Positions 48,301 through 59,831 of a stretch of 64,000 bases of DNA are shown in pieces. This stretch comes from Malacoraja senta (Eukaryota): positions 6,326,001 through 6,390,000 of the forward strand of contig CM075998.1 in NCBI GenBank assembly GCA_038087875.1, in the 5' to 3' direction. The translations under genes and the position numbers were made by a program. The notes under the pieces were generated by a model that searched no databases, had not been told where the DNA came from, and saw only the letters and a list, made by a program, of their open reading frames with translations. Numbering within the stretch: position 1 is the stretch's first letter; each line of letters starts with the position of its first letter.

Positions 48301-49397
48301 GACTCACCTTTCTTAAATTTGTTCTTGGATAAGAAGTAATAAAATGTGCTCGGATTCTAAAATCTGTTTATCTTCTTGATTGTTGCATGGTCCATTACGG
48401 ATAAATTGGTTATCAGGCAACTGAACCATCCTACCAACAACTGGAGAGCCACCTTGAGCTACTATCTATCTCATTGAAGACCCTCGGACTATCTTTAATT
48501 GGGCTTTACTGCACTTTACCTTGTACTAAACATTATTCCTTATATCATGTGGACTGTATGCATGCGCACTGTAGACATCTCGATTGTAATCATGTTTTAG
48601 TCTTTCTGCTGACTGGTTACACGCAACAAATAGCTTTTCACTGTCCCTTGGTACACATGACAATAAACTAAACTAAACTAGTTCATCTGCTTTTGATACA
48701 TGTGTGTGTGTGTGTACCCTCATGAAAGATCAGTTGTAACAATAACCTTAATTTAGAGTTGCTTACAGATTACGATAAATAGTTAGTTCAGCACAACTCG
48801 ACAGCGTTGCAATAAACTGAGGATATTAGGGAGTGGTTCTGAGATCAAGAGAGAGTTGAACATTTTAAACAGAATTTGTGGGACATCCAAGTGACAAACC
48901 ATTAGCTGGTGCTGATATGGGTCATTAAAATCTCTACCCAGAACACAGCAGTGTAACATCAATGCTTTGAAAGCTACTTCTCAGATACTGATTGCTGCAT
49001 CAAGTATTATCACGAGCACCTTTATGGGTTTGTGTTGAATTATTTCACGCACCTACATCTTATGATATGGATGCAATGACATGGATATAAAAAAGCTCAG
49101 GACCAGCACAGAATAAATACTCAAGGAGAGATGAGAAACTATGGATAAATCTGGAACCAAGGTTGTCAGTTAAATGCAAGGTCTTGTTGTGGTAGAAGCC
49201 AAAGTATGTCAGCAAGCATGGGACTCTGGGTTAATGCAAAGAGGATATGGGCAGCAGAGACTTTTAAAGGAAATTGGGAAGCAAGCAAAGAAAGAATTGG
49301 AACAGTGATGTATCAAAGTAACAAAAACATAATTGAAGGTTGCAACAACAGATGAACTAAGGCAGGGGGAGACATAAGACAACATTGTTGTCAATGA

Positions 49398-51005
49398 CTA
49401 AAGGGCATAGCTTTGAGGTGATAGAGACAAAGTTTAAAGGAGATTTGCGGGGCACATTTTATTTTTCACACAGAGGATGGTGGGTGGCTTGAACGTGCTG
49501 CCAGGGGTGCTGGTGGTTACACAAACGATATTGGCATTTATGGGGCTTTTAGATAGGTACATGGTTACGTTGGGAATGGAAGGATATGGATCACGTGCAG
49601 GCAGATGAGATTAGTTTATCATGCGATCAATTTAGGCACAGACATTGTGGAGCAAAGGGCCTGTTCCTGTGCTGTACTGTTCTCTATGTATTTAAGTATC
49701 TAGAAAAACACATGAATTGCCAAGGCATAGAAGGCTACAGACCAAGTACGTAAATAGGGTTAGTACAGATAAGTACTTGATGGTTGGCATGGAAATAGTA
49801 GGGTGCATAGGCCGTTTCTTGCTGTAAGACAAAGTACAGACTATCCGCCTGAGTGCAGCCTCAATTGAACTCACTGCCATTTTTGGGAGGTGCAGGAGAT
49901 TCTTTATCTCGTCCTTAGTCAATCCTTCATAAAAGGCATCATACGTTATTGCATCCACCTTTGCGTAGCGCACTATAGGAAAGATTATATTGGCAAGGAT
50001 GGACAAGCGATTTACCAAAGTATATCAAGGAAGGTGAGATTTTTGTTATGTAGTCTGGAAAAACTGGCATTGTTTTCCTTAGAAAGAGGTCGTTGTTGAA
50101 AGACAGAATATTTAAAGTTATGTAGGGATAGATGGAGGAGATAGAAAGAAAATGTAAGAAAATAAAAGAAAGGAAATGAAAGAAAGAGAGTGTGTGCCTG
50201 CAACGTGCAGCTGCCAGGAATGGTGGTGGAGGCAGATACAATAATGGCATTTAAGAGACTTTTAGATAGGCACATGGAAGTGCAGGGAATAGAGGTATAT
50301 GGATCATGTACATCAGTTTAATTAGGCATCATGTTCAATGGTTCTTTTTTGTCACGTATGAACAGCAGAGTCTAATTCTTTTGTACAACCACAAATGCTC
50401 ACTCGCCATATTTTGGTGCCATTTACAAGGGGTAAAAAAGCAGTCCAAAATCCAAAGTCCAATCCACATGTGCGAAGTACTGAAGCGCCCCTGATCCAGG
50501 TAATCCCAGGTAAGGCAGGTTCAGCACAAACATTGTGGGCCAACGTTGCGGTGCTGCACTGATCTTTGTTCTATGTTCTTGTTGAAAGAGGTGTGAAAAA
50601 TGAAGATATAAGCAAAAGGATTAAACATGACGAGGAGAGAATGTTTACACTGCTAATGTTTAGATCTGTATTGTATTGCTACGGGTAGGTAAAAAGGCAA
50701 GTTCAAACATTAGGCTGGAGTGCTTAGTTTTGAAGGATAATAGTTAAAGGAGATGTGCGGAACATGTTTTGATTTGACAAAGAGAGTGTGTGCCTGCACC
50801 GTGCTGCTGCCAGGAATGGTGGTGGAGGCAGATACAATAATGGCATTTAAGAGGCTTTTGGATAGGCATGTGGATATGCAGGGAATGGAGGTATATGGAT
50901 CATGTGCATGCACAGGAGAGATTAGTTTAACCTGTCTTCATGTTTCGCACAGACATTGTGGGCCGAAATTCCTGTTCCTGTGCTGTACCATTCTATGTTT
51001 TATGT
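49398..51005 (+). repeat. Cluster of old CR1 3'-end fragments
   Basis: Recurrent tgctgccagg..tggtggtggaggcagatac...ttagataggcacatgg...gggcctgttcctgtgctgtac at about 49400, 50185 and 50730; also 54450-54845. Confidence 0.75.
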
Positions 51006-51049
51006 AATTACAGGTTTCAAATGGAAGCTGAATGAATATCTGAAAGGAT

Positions 51050-51756
51050 TCACCGGGTGGCACCAGCAACGGCTGCCTCGCCAACAGTCTGTCTGTCCCT
51101 TCCTTCTTCGCGTCTGTTTTGTAGGTGTTAAATGTATGTTTTTTTGTGTTCTTTAGCTTGTTTTAGTGTGGGGGGTGGCGGGAGGGAATTGGGGGAAACT
51201 TTTTCTAATCTCTTACCTCGACGGAGATGCGACTTTTTCCCGTATCGTATCTCCGTCCGCACTAACATCGTGGAGTTGGCGGCCTTTGCTGGAGATCGAC
51301 CGGGAGCTCCATCGTGGGAGCCCATGGGGCTTACCATCACGGAGCTCGCGATCCCTGTCGAGGGGTCGTCGTTGGGGTTCCACCGTGGGAGCCTGCGAGA
51401 ATTTAACATCGTGGAGCCCGTGGTCTCTGGTTAGAGACCGACATCGGGGACTCCAAGCCGCAGGTGCTTTCGACCGCCCCAACGCTGAAGCTTCAATCGC
51501 CCCGGCGGGGACTGCGAGCGCCGGCTGTGGATGGTTCGGCTGCCCCGACCACGGGAGAATAAAGAGAAATGAGATTGGACTTTATTACCTTCCATCACAG
51601 TGAAGAACGTGGGGAATCCGTGGTGGTGGATGTTTATGTTAACTTTTATGTAGTTGTGTATCTTGTTGCTTTTTTTAGTATGGCTGTATGGTAATCTGAA
51701 TTTCACTGTACCTTAATTGTTACATGTGACAATAAACTGACCTTGAAACCTTGAAA
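51050..51756 (+). mobile_element. Non-autonomous retroelement (same family as 34258-34985)
   Basis: caacggctgcctcgccaacagtctgtctgt head; ccttccatcacagtga; gaatttcactgtacc...catgtgacaataaac then (CCTTGAAA)n. Confidence 0.7.
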
Positions 51757-53460
51757 GAGCCTGCAGGGCTAAGGGAGTAGGAAATGGAACAAGATGGACT
51801 CATAGGGCTGATGGCTGGACCTCAGGCCAAATTCAATGCAGAATCAGTGTGAAGGACCCGACCCAAAACATTGCCTATCCATGTCCTCCAGAGATGATGC
51901 CTGACTCGCTACTCCAGCACTCGGTGTCTTCTTTTGTAAACCAGCATCTGCGATTCCTTGCTTCTTCAATGCTGAATCATTCTGTCATACCAAACAAGGG
52001 GAGGCAAGGGGAACCGTGTGTGGTGATTCCAGGCAGGGGGACCAAACCAGCAAGAAATGGGCCATCTGATTCAACCAATCCATGCTTGCTTTTGTTCTCC
52101 ATGCCACTGAACCATGATAATAGTATTTACTTGTCCTGTTCTGTATCTCATTAGATTTTAGCTGTCGGCAAGCCAATAGACTGAAGTGCATTCAATTGAA
52201 ATAAAGACAGTTTATCAAACTAATCAGGCAAAATCTCACCACTCAAGTTTAATTTTGGAGCTATAATCTAACATCCATTAATGATAATTAGCAGATCCTT
52301 TTGCCTGACTGTTGCAATTTAGATAACTGTTGTTTGGCAGAACAGTAAAAGAGGTATTTAGTTGACAAATGTACCTGATCCTCATTTCAAGGGAGATGAT
52401 GATGGCTCTCAGAGGGGCAAACAGGAGAACATTTTAAAGGACTTAGACCCAAAAAGCTGGAGTAACTCAGCAGGAATGCTGCCTGTCTCGCTGAGTTACA
52501 TTTTGTGTCTATCGTTGGCATAAACCAGCATCTGCAGTTCCTTCCTCCTCATTTCAAGGTCTTTGTCATCTGAAGTGACCGTGCATTATCCTCCCATTAA
52601 GAGACTTCATGAAGAGTGGTGCATGAATGAAATGTGGTCCCAAACCAAGGTTTCCCCCTTGTCCAAGAAGCCTGACACTATACACATGATAGAACTTTAA
52701 TTAGAAATCATCACTTACATATTGAGCGGTAATTGTGTCTTTGGTGCTGTTCCTTGTTCCCCAATGGCAGCCCCCAATCTCGGACTCACTGCACCACCAA
52801 TTGCATTGGCAGTAAGAGATGAAGCCTGTAAAATATATCAGACACATAGATTTAATACAGAAATCATTGGCATTACTTCCAAATGTTTACTGTTTGATGG
52901 TTGAATACTTGATGGTTAGCTGGTTGACAATTAAAAATAAGATTTTTTCAATTAAAGCAGCAGCACTAAACCCATTTACTCCTTTGCATGGGACCAACAA
53001 GGTAGTGAATGCAAATACAGAATCACTGCCTGTGATTTCCCTATGTTGTTTCTCTATGTTCCCTCAGTGCCCTTACTCAGAAATTCCACTATTTAAACTC
53101 TGCAAAACGTATATTTCCATGCAAGGTGAAGTTTAATTCTTTTAAAGATGGATACAAAGTGCTGGAGTAACTCAACGGGTCAGGCAGCATCTCTGGAGAT
53201 TCTTTCCACATTTGTTAACATGAAATCTAACTCACTGTGACATAAATTGAGCCACTCCAGCGATATGACAAAAAAGAAACAAATGTAACCATTGAGAAAT
53301 CATTAAAAAGAACACAATTTGGCTTTGCAGTTATGAATGAATATATATATATATAATGAAATTACACATTTTCTTGGTTAGAGAACAGACCTCCAAAACT
53401 GTGGCATGTGGTGTAAATAAACCACCACTGTCTGCAATGATCCTGAAGCTAAGGAATTTA

Positions 53461-54235
53461 GGGCAGCGCAGCAGTAGAGTTGCTGCTTTAAGGGCCTGTC
53501 CCATGGGCATGCGACTCCATGCGGTAAGCGCGACCTAACCACAAGCGGGGGCCGCGCGGAGGTCGAGTGATCCCTGTACAGGGCTGGTCCCACCAGCATG
53601 CGGCTGCATGCGGCAAGCGCTACCAAATCGGAAGCGGGGGCCGCGCGGAGGTCGAGTGACGTCAAGACGGTGCGTCCGGCGTCGAGGCGGTGCGCACGGC
53701 CGTCGATGCGGTGCGCACGGCCTCGATGCGGCTGCGGGGCGGCAGGCCTTTGCCGCACGGAATTTTTGAACAGTGTCCGTTTTTCGGAGCCCTGCGCGAT
53801 GTCGAGAACAGCTCCGCACAACTCCATACGGCTCCGGCGATCGAAGTGGGACCGGCCCCGCGACCTCCGCGCGGCCCCCGCAAGGTCCCCGCTTGCGGTT
53901 AGGTCGCGCTTGCCGCATGGAGTCGCATGCCCGTGAGACAGGCCCTTTACAGTGCCAGAGACCCAGATTAGTTCCTGACTACGGGTACTGTCTGTATGGA
54001 GTTTGTACATTCCCCCTGTAACCGCGTGGGTTTTCTCTGGGCGCTCCGGTTTCCTCCCACACTCCAATGACATATAGGTTTGTAGGTTAATTGGCTTTGG
54101 TAAAAATTGTAAATTATCTAAAGTGTGTAGGATAGTGCTAGTGTACGGACGGGGTGATCGCTGGTTGGCACGGACCTGGTGGGCCAAAGGGCCTGTTTCT
54201 CTAAAGGGCCTACATCTCTAAAGTCTAAAAGTCTA
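53461..54235 (+). mobile_element. HE1-like V-SINE interrupted by a Harbinger MITE
   Basis: gtagagttgctgcttta|cagtgccagagaccc...; tail tctaaagtctaaaa. Confidence 0.85.
53491..53946. mobile_element. CpG-rich Harbinger MITE with TIRs of about 75 bp
   Basis: AGGGCCTGTCCCATGGGCATGCGACTCCATGCGG... / ...CCGCATGGAGTCGCATGCCCGTGAGACAGGCCCT; TTA TSD. Confidence 0.92.
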
Positions 54236-55357
54236 AAATGTTTAAAGAATCAAATGCAATGCAATCCTGACAACAGAACATTCCTGACAGGGCTGACTGG
54301 CTGGTGATGTGCCCGCAAAAAGCTGCAAGTCATGAATGACTTGGAACATCTCACCTTCCAGGAGCTTTGTTAATCAGAAGATACAGGAAAGGAGCTTTGG
54401 GGAATGACAGTGAAAGTGGGTTTGAGCTGTTCCCTCAGGGTTCCGAAACACACTAGAGGGCACAGCTGTAAGGTGAGAGGGGGAAATAATGGAGATGTGT
54501 GAGGCAGGTTTTTTTACACAGAGAGTGTAAATGCATTGATGGTGGAGGCAGATACAATAGTAATGTTTAAGAGGCTTTTGGATAGACATATGGAAGTGCA
54601 GGGAATAGAGGGATATGGGTCATGTACAGGCAGATGAGATCAATTTAACTTGGTATCATGTTCGCCACAAACATTGTGGGCTGAAGGGCCGTTCCTGTGC
54701 TATACTGTTCAATATTTTATGACATGCAGGAATGGAGGGATGTGGATCATGTGCAGGCAGAGGAGATGTTTAACTTGGCATCATGTTCAGGATGGGCATT
54801 GTGAGTCGAAGGGCCTGTTCCTGTGCTGTACTGCTCTATGTTCTGAATTGTGTGGGTCACCCTCTAATAGACAGCTTGCCTCTATTTGTGGCATTATATA
54901 CTGGCTGAGCTGTGACTCTCCAAAGAGCAGTCCGCTTTAAATCAACACGACCTCCTCTCACCCAGCTCAGCTCCAAGCAAGCACTGCACAAGGACTGATG
55001 TCGCTACGCGTATTGTATCCACGGGTAGTGTGAAAATAAATCACAGAAAAATCATGTTATCTTGTTCCTTTCAGGAAAACATTGATTTTTCATCCTGTAG
55101 CATTGAACAAGTAGTGCATGAAATAATTTACTGACATATACTCCTGCTTTTGCCTGTAAAGCAAAATGTAGAGACTTGAATGTAAAAAGCTAGGCGGATA
55201 CTCCAGTGCAGTGCTAATGGAGCGCTTTCAAATAGGACATTACTCTGTCTGTTCAAGTACAGGTGTCAAGGGTTATGGGGCGAAGGCAGGAGAATGGGGT
55301 TGAGAGGGAAAGATGGATCAGCCATGATTGAATGGCGGAGTAGACTTGACGGGCTGA

Positions 55358-55683
55358 ATTTAGTTTAGTTTAGTTTAGAGATACAGCACGGAAACAGGCC
55401 CTTCGGCCCACCGAGTCTGCACTAACCAGCGATCCCCGCACATTAACACTATCCTGCACACACTAGGGACAATTTACACTTATACCAAGCCAATTAACCT
55501 ACAAACCTGTATATCTTTGGAGTGTGGGTGGAAACCAAAGATCTCGGAGAAAACCCACGTGGTCACAGGGAGAATGTACAAACTCTGTACAGACAGCACC
55601 CGTAGTCAGGATCAAACCCAGGTCTCCGGCGCTGCAAGCGCTGTAAGGCAGCAATTCTACCGCTGCGCCACCGTGCTGCCCTT
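55358..55683 (-). mobile_element. HE1-like V-SINE, full length
   Basis: gggcagcacggtggcgcagcggtaga head; (taaac)n tail. Confidence 0.88.
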
Positions 55684-55721
55684 GGCCTAATTCTGCTAAA
55701 ATGTATGAACTTATGAACAAT

Positions 55722-56225
55722 CAGTCTGAAGAAAGGTCCTGACCTGAAACATAACCTATCCATGTTCTCCAGAGATGTTGACTGACCCGCTGATTTACTT
55801 CAGCACTTTGCGTCAGTAATTACAGGGCGTGGGAGAGGATGAGAGCAACACGGTGATATGGGCGCGTGCAGGTGTGGGAGGACCAGCCGCTAGCCAGCTT
55901 CGCTGATCCAGCGAGCGAGTGTGCAACTCTGCTGACATCTCCCAGCTTTGCTTGACTTGACCCAGTCCCTGTTTGTTGCAGTTTCAGGGTTGGGGTTGGG
56001 AGAGAACCCACACAGAAATGCACCATTCCCCGCTGACATACATGCAGCGTCTCTGAAGAACATGGATAGGTGACGTTTCGGCCTGGAACCCTTCTTTAGA
56101 CCTGAAGAAAGGTCTCATCCTGAAATGTCACCTTTCCACGTGTTCAGAGATGCTGCCTTACCCGCTGAGTTACTTAGCAATTTTTGTCTTCTTTTGTAAA
56201 CCATCACCTGCAATTCCTTGTTGCT
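55722..56225. repeat. Penelope-terminus / hammerhead-motif repeats, including a head-to-head pair
   Basis: CTGAAGA at 55726 and 56102 (+); reverse copy at about 56040-56100. Confidence 0.65.
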
Positions 56226-56627
56226 ACCTGCATTACCAACCTCTCCCCACCGGGATCTTTCCAGTCAAGGGAATTTTGAGAGATTGCAACCAATATTTCT
56301 AATCTCTCTCCAACAAAGGATTTGTTATACGTGAGACTTTCTTTGTGTATTTTTATATAAGACTTATTGGCCAAAAATTGTAACAGTCCTTCAAAACATA
56401 GAGGAGATCAGGATTCTGATCCCCTGATCATCAAGTTGAGGATTGTGGGTCACAAGTCATGGGGCTGCACTTGAGAGAAGCTGGGAGTGAACATCAGTTT
56501 AAAGTGGGAGGAGGGTGTGTTGGGACACCGGGAATTGGTGAAGGTATATACAGATCCACCACCCATTTTCTGGCAACTGGTGGTCTGGCACCTTCTTCAA
56601 TCCGGAAGAAATTATGAGAGCGCACTT

Positions 56628-57295
56628 GACAATAGACAATAGACAATAGGTGCAGGAGTAGGCCATTTGGCCCTTCGAGCCAGCACCGCCATTCAATGTG
56701 ATCATGGCTGATCATCCGCAATCAGTACCCCGTTCCTGCCTTCTCCCCATATCCCCTGACTCCGCTATTTTTAAGAGCCCTATCTAGCTCTCTCTTGAAA
56801 GCATCCAGAGAACCTGTCACCGTTCTAAATGGCTTACTCCTTATTCTTAAACTGTGGCCCCTGGTTCTGGACTCCCCCAACATCGGGAACATGTTTCCTG
56901 CCTCTAGCGTGTCCAAGCCCTGAACAATCTTATATGTTTCAATGAGATACCCTCTCATCCTTCCAAACTCCAGAGTGTACAAGCCCAGCTGCTCCATTCT
57001 CTCAGCATATGACAGTCCCGCCATCCAGGGAATTAACCTTGTAAACCTACGCTGCACTCCCTCAATAGCAAGAATGTCCTTCCTCAAATTAGGGGATCAA
57101 AACTGCACACAATACTCCAGGTGTGGTCTCACTAGGGCTCTGTACAACTGCCGAAGGACCTCTTTGCTCCTATATTCGATTCCTCTTGTTATAAAGGCCA
57201 ACATGTCATTCGCTTTCTTCACTGCCTGCTTACTTTCATAGACTGATGTACAAGGACCCCCAGATCCCATTGTACTTCCCCTTTTCCCAACTTGG
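56628..57295 (-). mobile_element. 5'-truncated CR1 LINE
   Basis: RKDILAIEGVQRRFTRLIP...GYGEKAGTGY; (gacaata)n tail. Confidence 0.92.
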
Positions 57296-57334
57296 GAAGT
57301 CCACCCACAAATGTGATGCCCAGGCTGAGTGTAG

Positions 57335-57600
57335 ATAGATAGATAGATAGATATGCCTTTATTGTCATTCAGACCGAAGTCTGGACGAAAGTGTGATGGT
57401 CAATCTGGACCTCATCGACTCTTCCGTGCCGATCGACGGCTTGAACTTGCTCACCGCAGCCGGGGCTCTGGAACTCCGGCCCAGACAGAACTGGCAGATC
57501 TGTTCCCATAGCAGACCTCCGCGTCCGACTTTGCGGGCCGGTATCTCGCACCCCCCCCCCCACCCTCCCCAAGGCCGCGACCTCTGTTGGTCCGGCAAAA
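57335..57600 (-). repeat. Truncated non-autonomous retro-family copy with (ATCT)n tail
   Basis: tttattgtcattcagacc is the reverse complement of the 3' end at 27635-27655. Confidence 0.55.
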
Positions 57601-58089
57601 CGGATAATAGGGCAAGGCTTTGGAACCAAAGGTGCCTGAAAATCAGTGGTGGAGCTGTAGGAGAAGCAATCGGTGGATTGGTTTTAGGTGCAATAATGCC
57701 AGGTTCACAAATGGAGGAACAGATTTGCAAAATGACATTGTGTTCACTGGAATCCACATGACAGAGCTGCAAAAACTGGATGCATCTGTGCATAGGTGTG
57801 TCGCATGCACAGAGGACACGGAACAAATTTGGTATTCTACACGAACCAAACAAAAACTAGGCAATCAGATTCATTGATCAGGTTTTTGATTAAATTATTT
57901 TGCTTACCACACAAGAACATTGGCTCGTGAAATAATTACTTGGGCTCTCTGTCCTTTATGTACAACCAAATAGAAATTAAAAATTGATTTTGATTGATTG
58001 AATCTTTAAGTGTTCTTCAAATTGTGTGAACAGGAAACAAGCAATTAACAGAACTACACAAAGCATAGACAGCCACCTGCTCTCTATTT

Positions 58090-58635
58090 ATTTGGAGTAT
58101 TTATTTGGAGTGTTAAGTACTGTTCTGGTTGCTCCATTACAGGAAGGATGTGAAGGCTTTGGAAAGTGTCCAGACGAGGTTTACCAGAATGATGCCTGGA
58201 TTAGGGGGTATTAGCTACAGGGAGAGGTTGGACAGACTAGGATTTATCTCTCTGGTACTCCGGAGGTTGTGGGAGACCTGATAGAAGTATTTTAAATCAT
58301 GAGAGGTATAGATTGGATACAGTCAGAACCTTTTATTCCCAGGATGGAAAAATCGAATACTAGAGACCATAGCTTTAAGGTGAGAGGGGCAAGTTATTTT
58401 ACACAGAAGGTGGTGAGTACCTGGAACGTGCTGCCAGGGTTGGTGGTGGAGGCCGATACAATATTGGCATTTAGGGACTTTTAGATAGGCACACGGATAT
58501 GCAGGGAATGGAGGGATGTGGATCACGTGCAGGCAGAGTTAATCTTGGCATCTTGACTGTGTCAAGTTTCGGCACCGACACTGGTGGCCAAAGGCCCTTT
58601 TCCTGTGCTATACTGTTCTATGTTCCATGTTCCAT
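58090..58635 (+). repeat. Old CR1 3' fragment
   Basis: Decayed LEY..FW.P..RKDV..LE.VQ.RFTRM region and CR1 tail. Confidence 0.75.
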
Positions 58636-58699
58636 ATGATAAGAATTAGTAAGATTTTGGTGTCCCATTGTTTTAAGATGGGTCAGATGGTTTGTAAAG

Positions 58700-59465
58700 T
58701 ATGTATGTATATCACAATCACAATAATCCTTTATTAGCCAAGTATGTTTTGCAACATACGAGGAATATCGCTTGCTAAGTCAGTCATACAAATAAAAAGC
58801 AACAGAACACAAAACACATTTTAACATAAACATCCACCAAAATTGACTCCTCCACATTCCTCACTGTGATGGAAGGCGAAAAAAAGTTCAAATCTCTTCC
58901 CTTAGCTCTCCCGCGGTCGGGGGCCTCGAACCCTCCATTGACGGGACGATCTTGACTCCCGTAGCTGGCGGCGTTTGGGCCATCCGCATCGGGGCGATCA
59001 GCTCCTGCATTGGGGGGATGTCAGCTGTCCTGCGCCGGTGATCGGACCCCGGGTCGGGGCTGATCGAACCTTCTGCGACGTTGGAACTGCCGACATCTAC
59101 GGCCTCTCCCGAGACTGCGAGCTCTTCATGGTAAAGGCCGCAAGCTGCGGTTGGAGCGATCCCAGGCAAGGGATCGACTCCGATGTTAAGTTCACGCCCG
59201 CGGTGGGGCTCAAGGTCAGTCCGAGGAGTCCTCCAGCTCCATCGATGTTAGGCCGCAGAGCGATCGGAGATGCGATCCAGAAAATAATCGCATCTCCGGC
59301 AAGGTAAGAAACTGAAACAAAAAGTTTCCTCCTACCCCCACCTGCCCCAACATAAACAAACTGGTGAACATTTACACAAACTTTTAACACACACTAAAAA
59401 ATAAAAAAAGACGAAAAAACAGACAGACTATTGGCGGGACTGCGAATCGTGCGGCGCCCCTGGTG
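58700..59465 (-). mobile_element. Non-autonomous retroelement (same family as 34258 and 51050)
   Basis: Minus strand: cgccaatagtctgtctgtt head; ccttccatcacagtgagga; ggtggatgtttatgttaa; aataaagg tail. Confidence 0.65.
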
Positions 59466-59594
59466 GTAAGTCTTCTACCTGTGTATGTGGTCCAACATTT
59501 TTGCTAAATTGTCAGAAGTTCAAAATGACTATGCAATAACATGGAAATCCCAAACTCTCATATCGCTGATTGCTGTTCCCACTGGTACTGTACA

Positions 59595-59831
59595 ATGCGG
59601 AGAGATGTTTCCACTGGTGGGCGATGTGGAGAGGACATTTCCACAAGTGAGAGAGTCTAGGTCCAGAGGTCACAGCCCCTGAATAAAAGGATGTATCTTC
59701 AGAAAGGACATGAGGAGGAATTTCCTTAGCCAGAGGCTGGTGAATCTGTAGAATTAATTGCTACAGACGGCGGTGGAGGCCAAGTCATTGGGTATTTTTA
59801 AAGCAGAGATTGTCTGGTTCTTGATCAGTAA
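59595..59831 (+). repeat. CR1 3' fragment (target of the Harbinger)
   Basis: MFPLVG..SRSRGHS; gtgaatctgtagaat...ggtggaggccaagtcattggg. Confidence 0.7.

Noticed and set aside
52560..52718. Second exon spliced to the 52719-52825 candidate
   Set aside because: The implied intron is only 47 bp, too short for a typical vertebrate intron.
53378..54187. 269-aa ORF and other long ORFs in GC-rich MITEs (3656-4274, 34230-34843, 51128-51706, 58888-59390)
   Set aside because: They cross element boundaries, are open in several frames because of GC content and show no recognisable domain.
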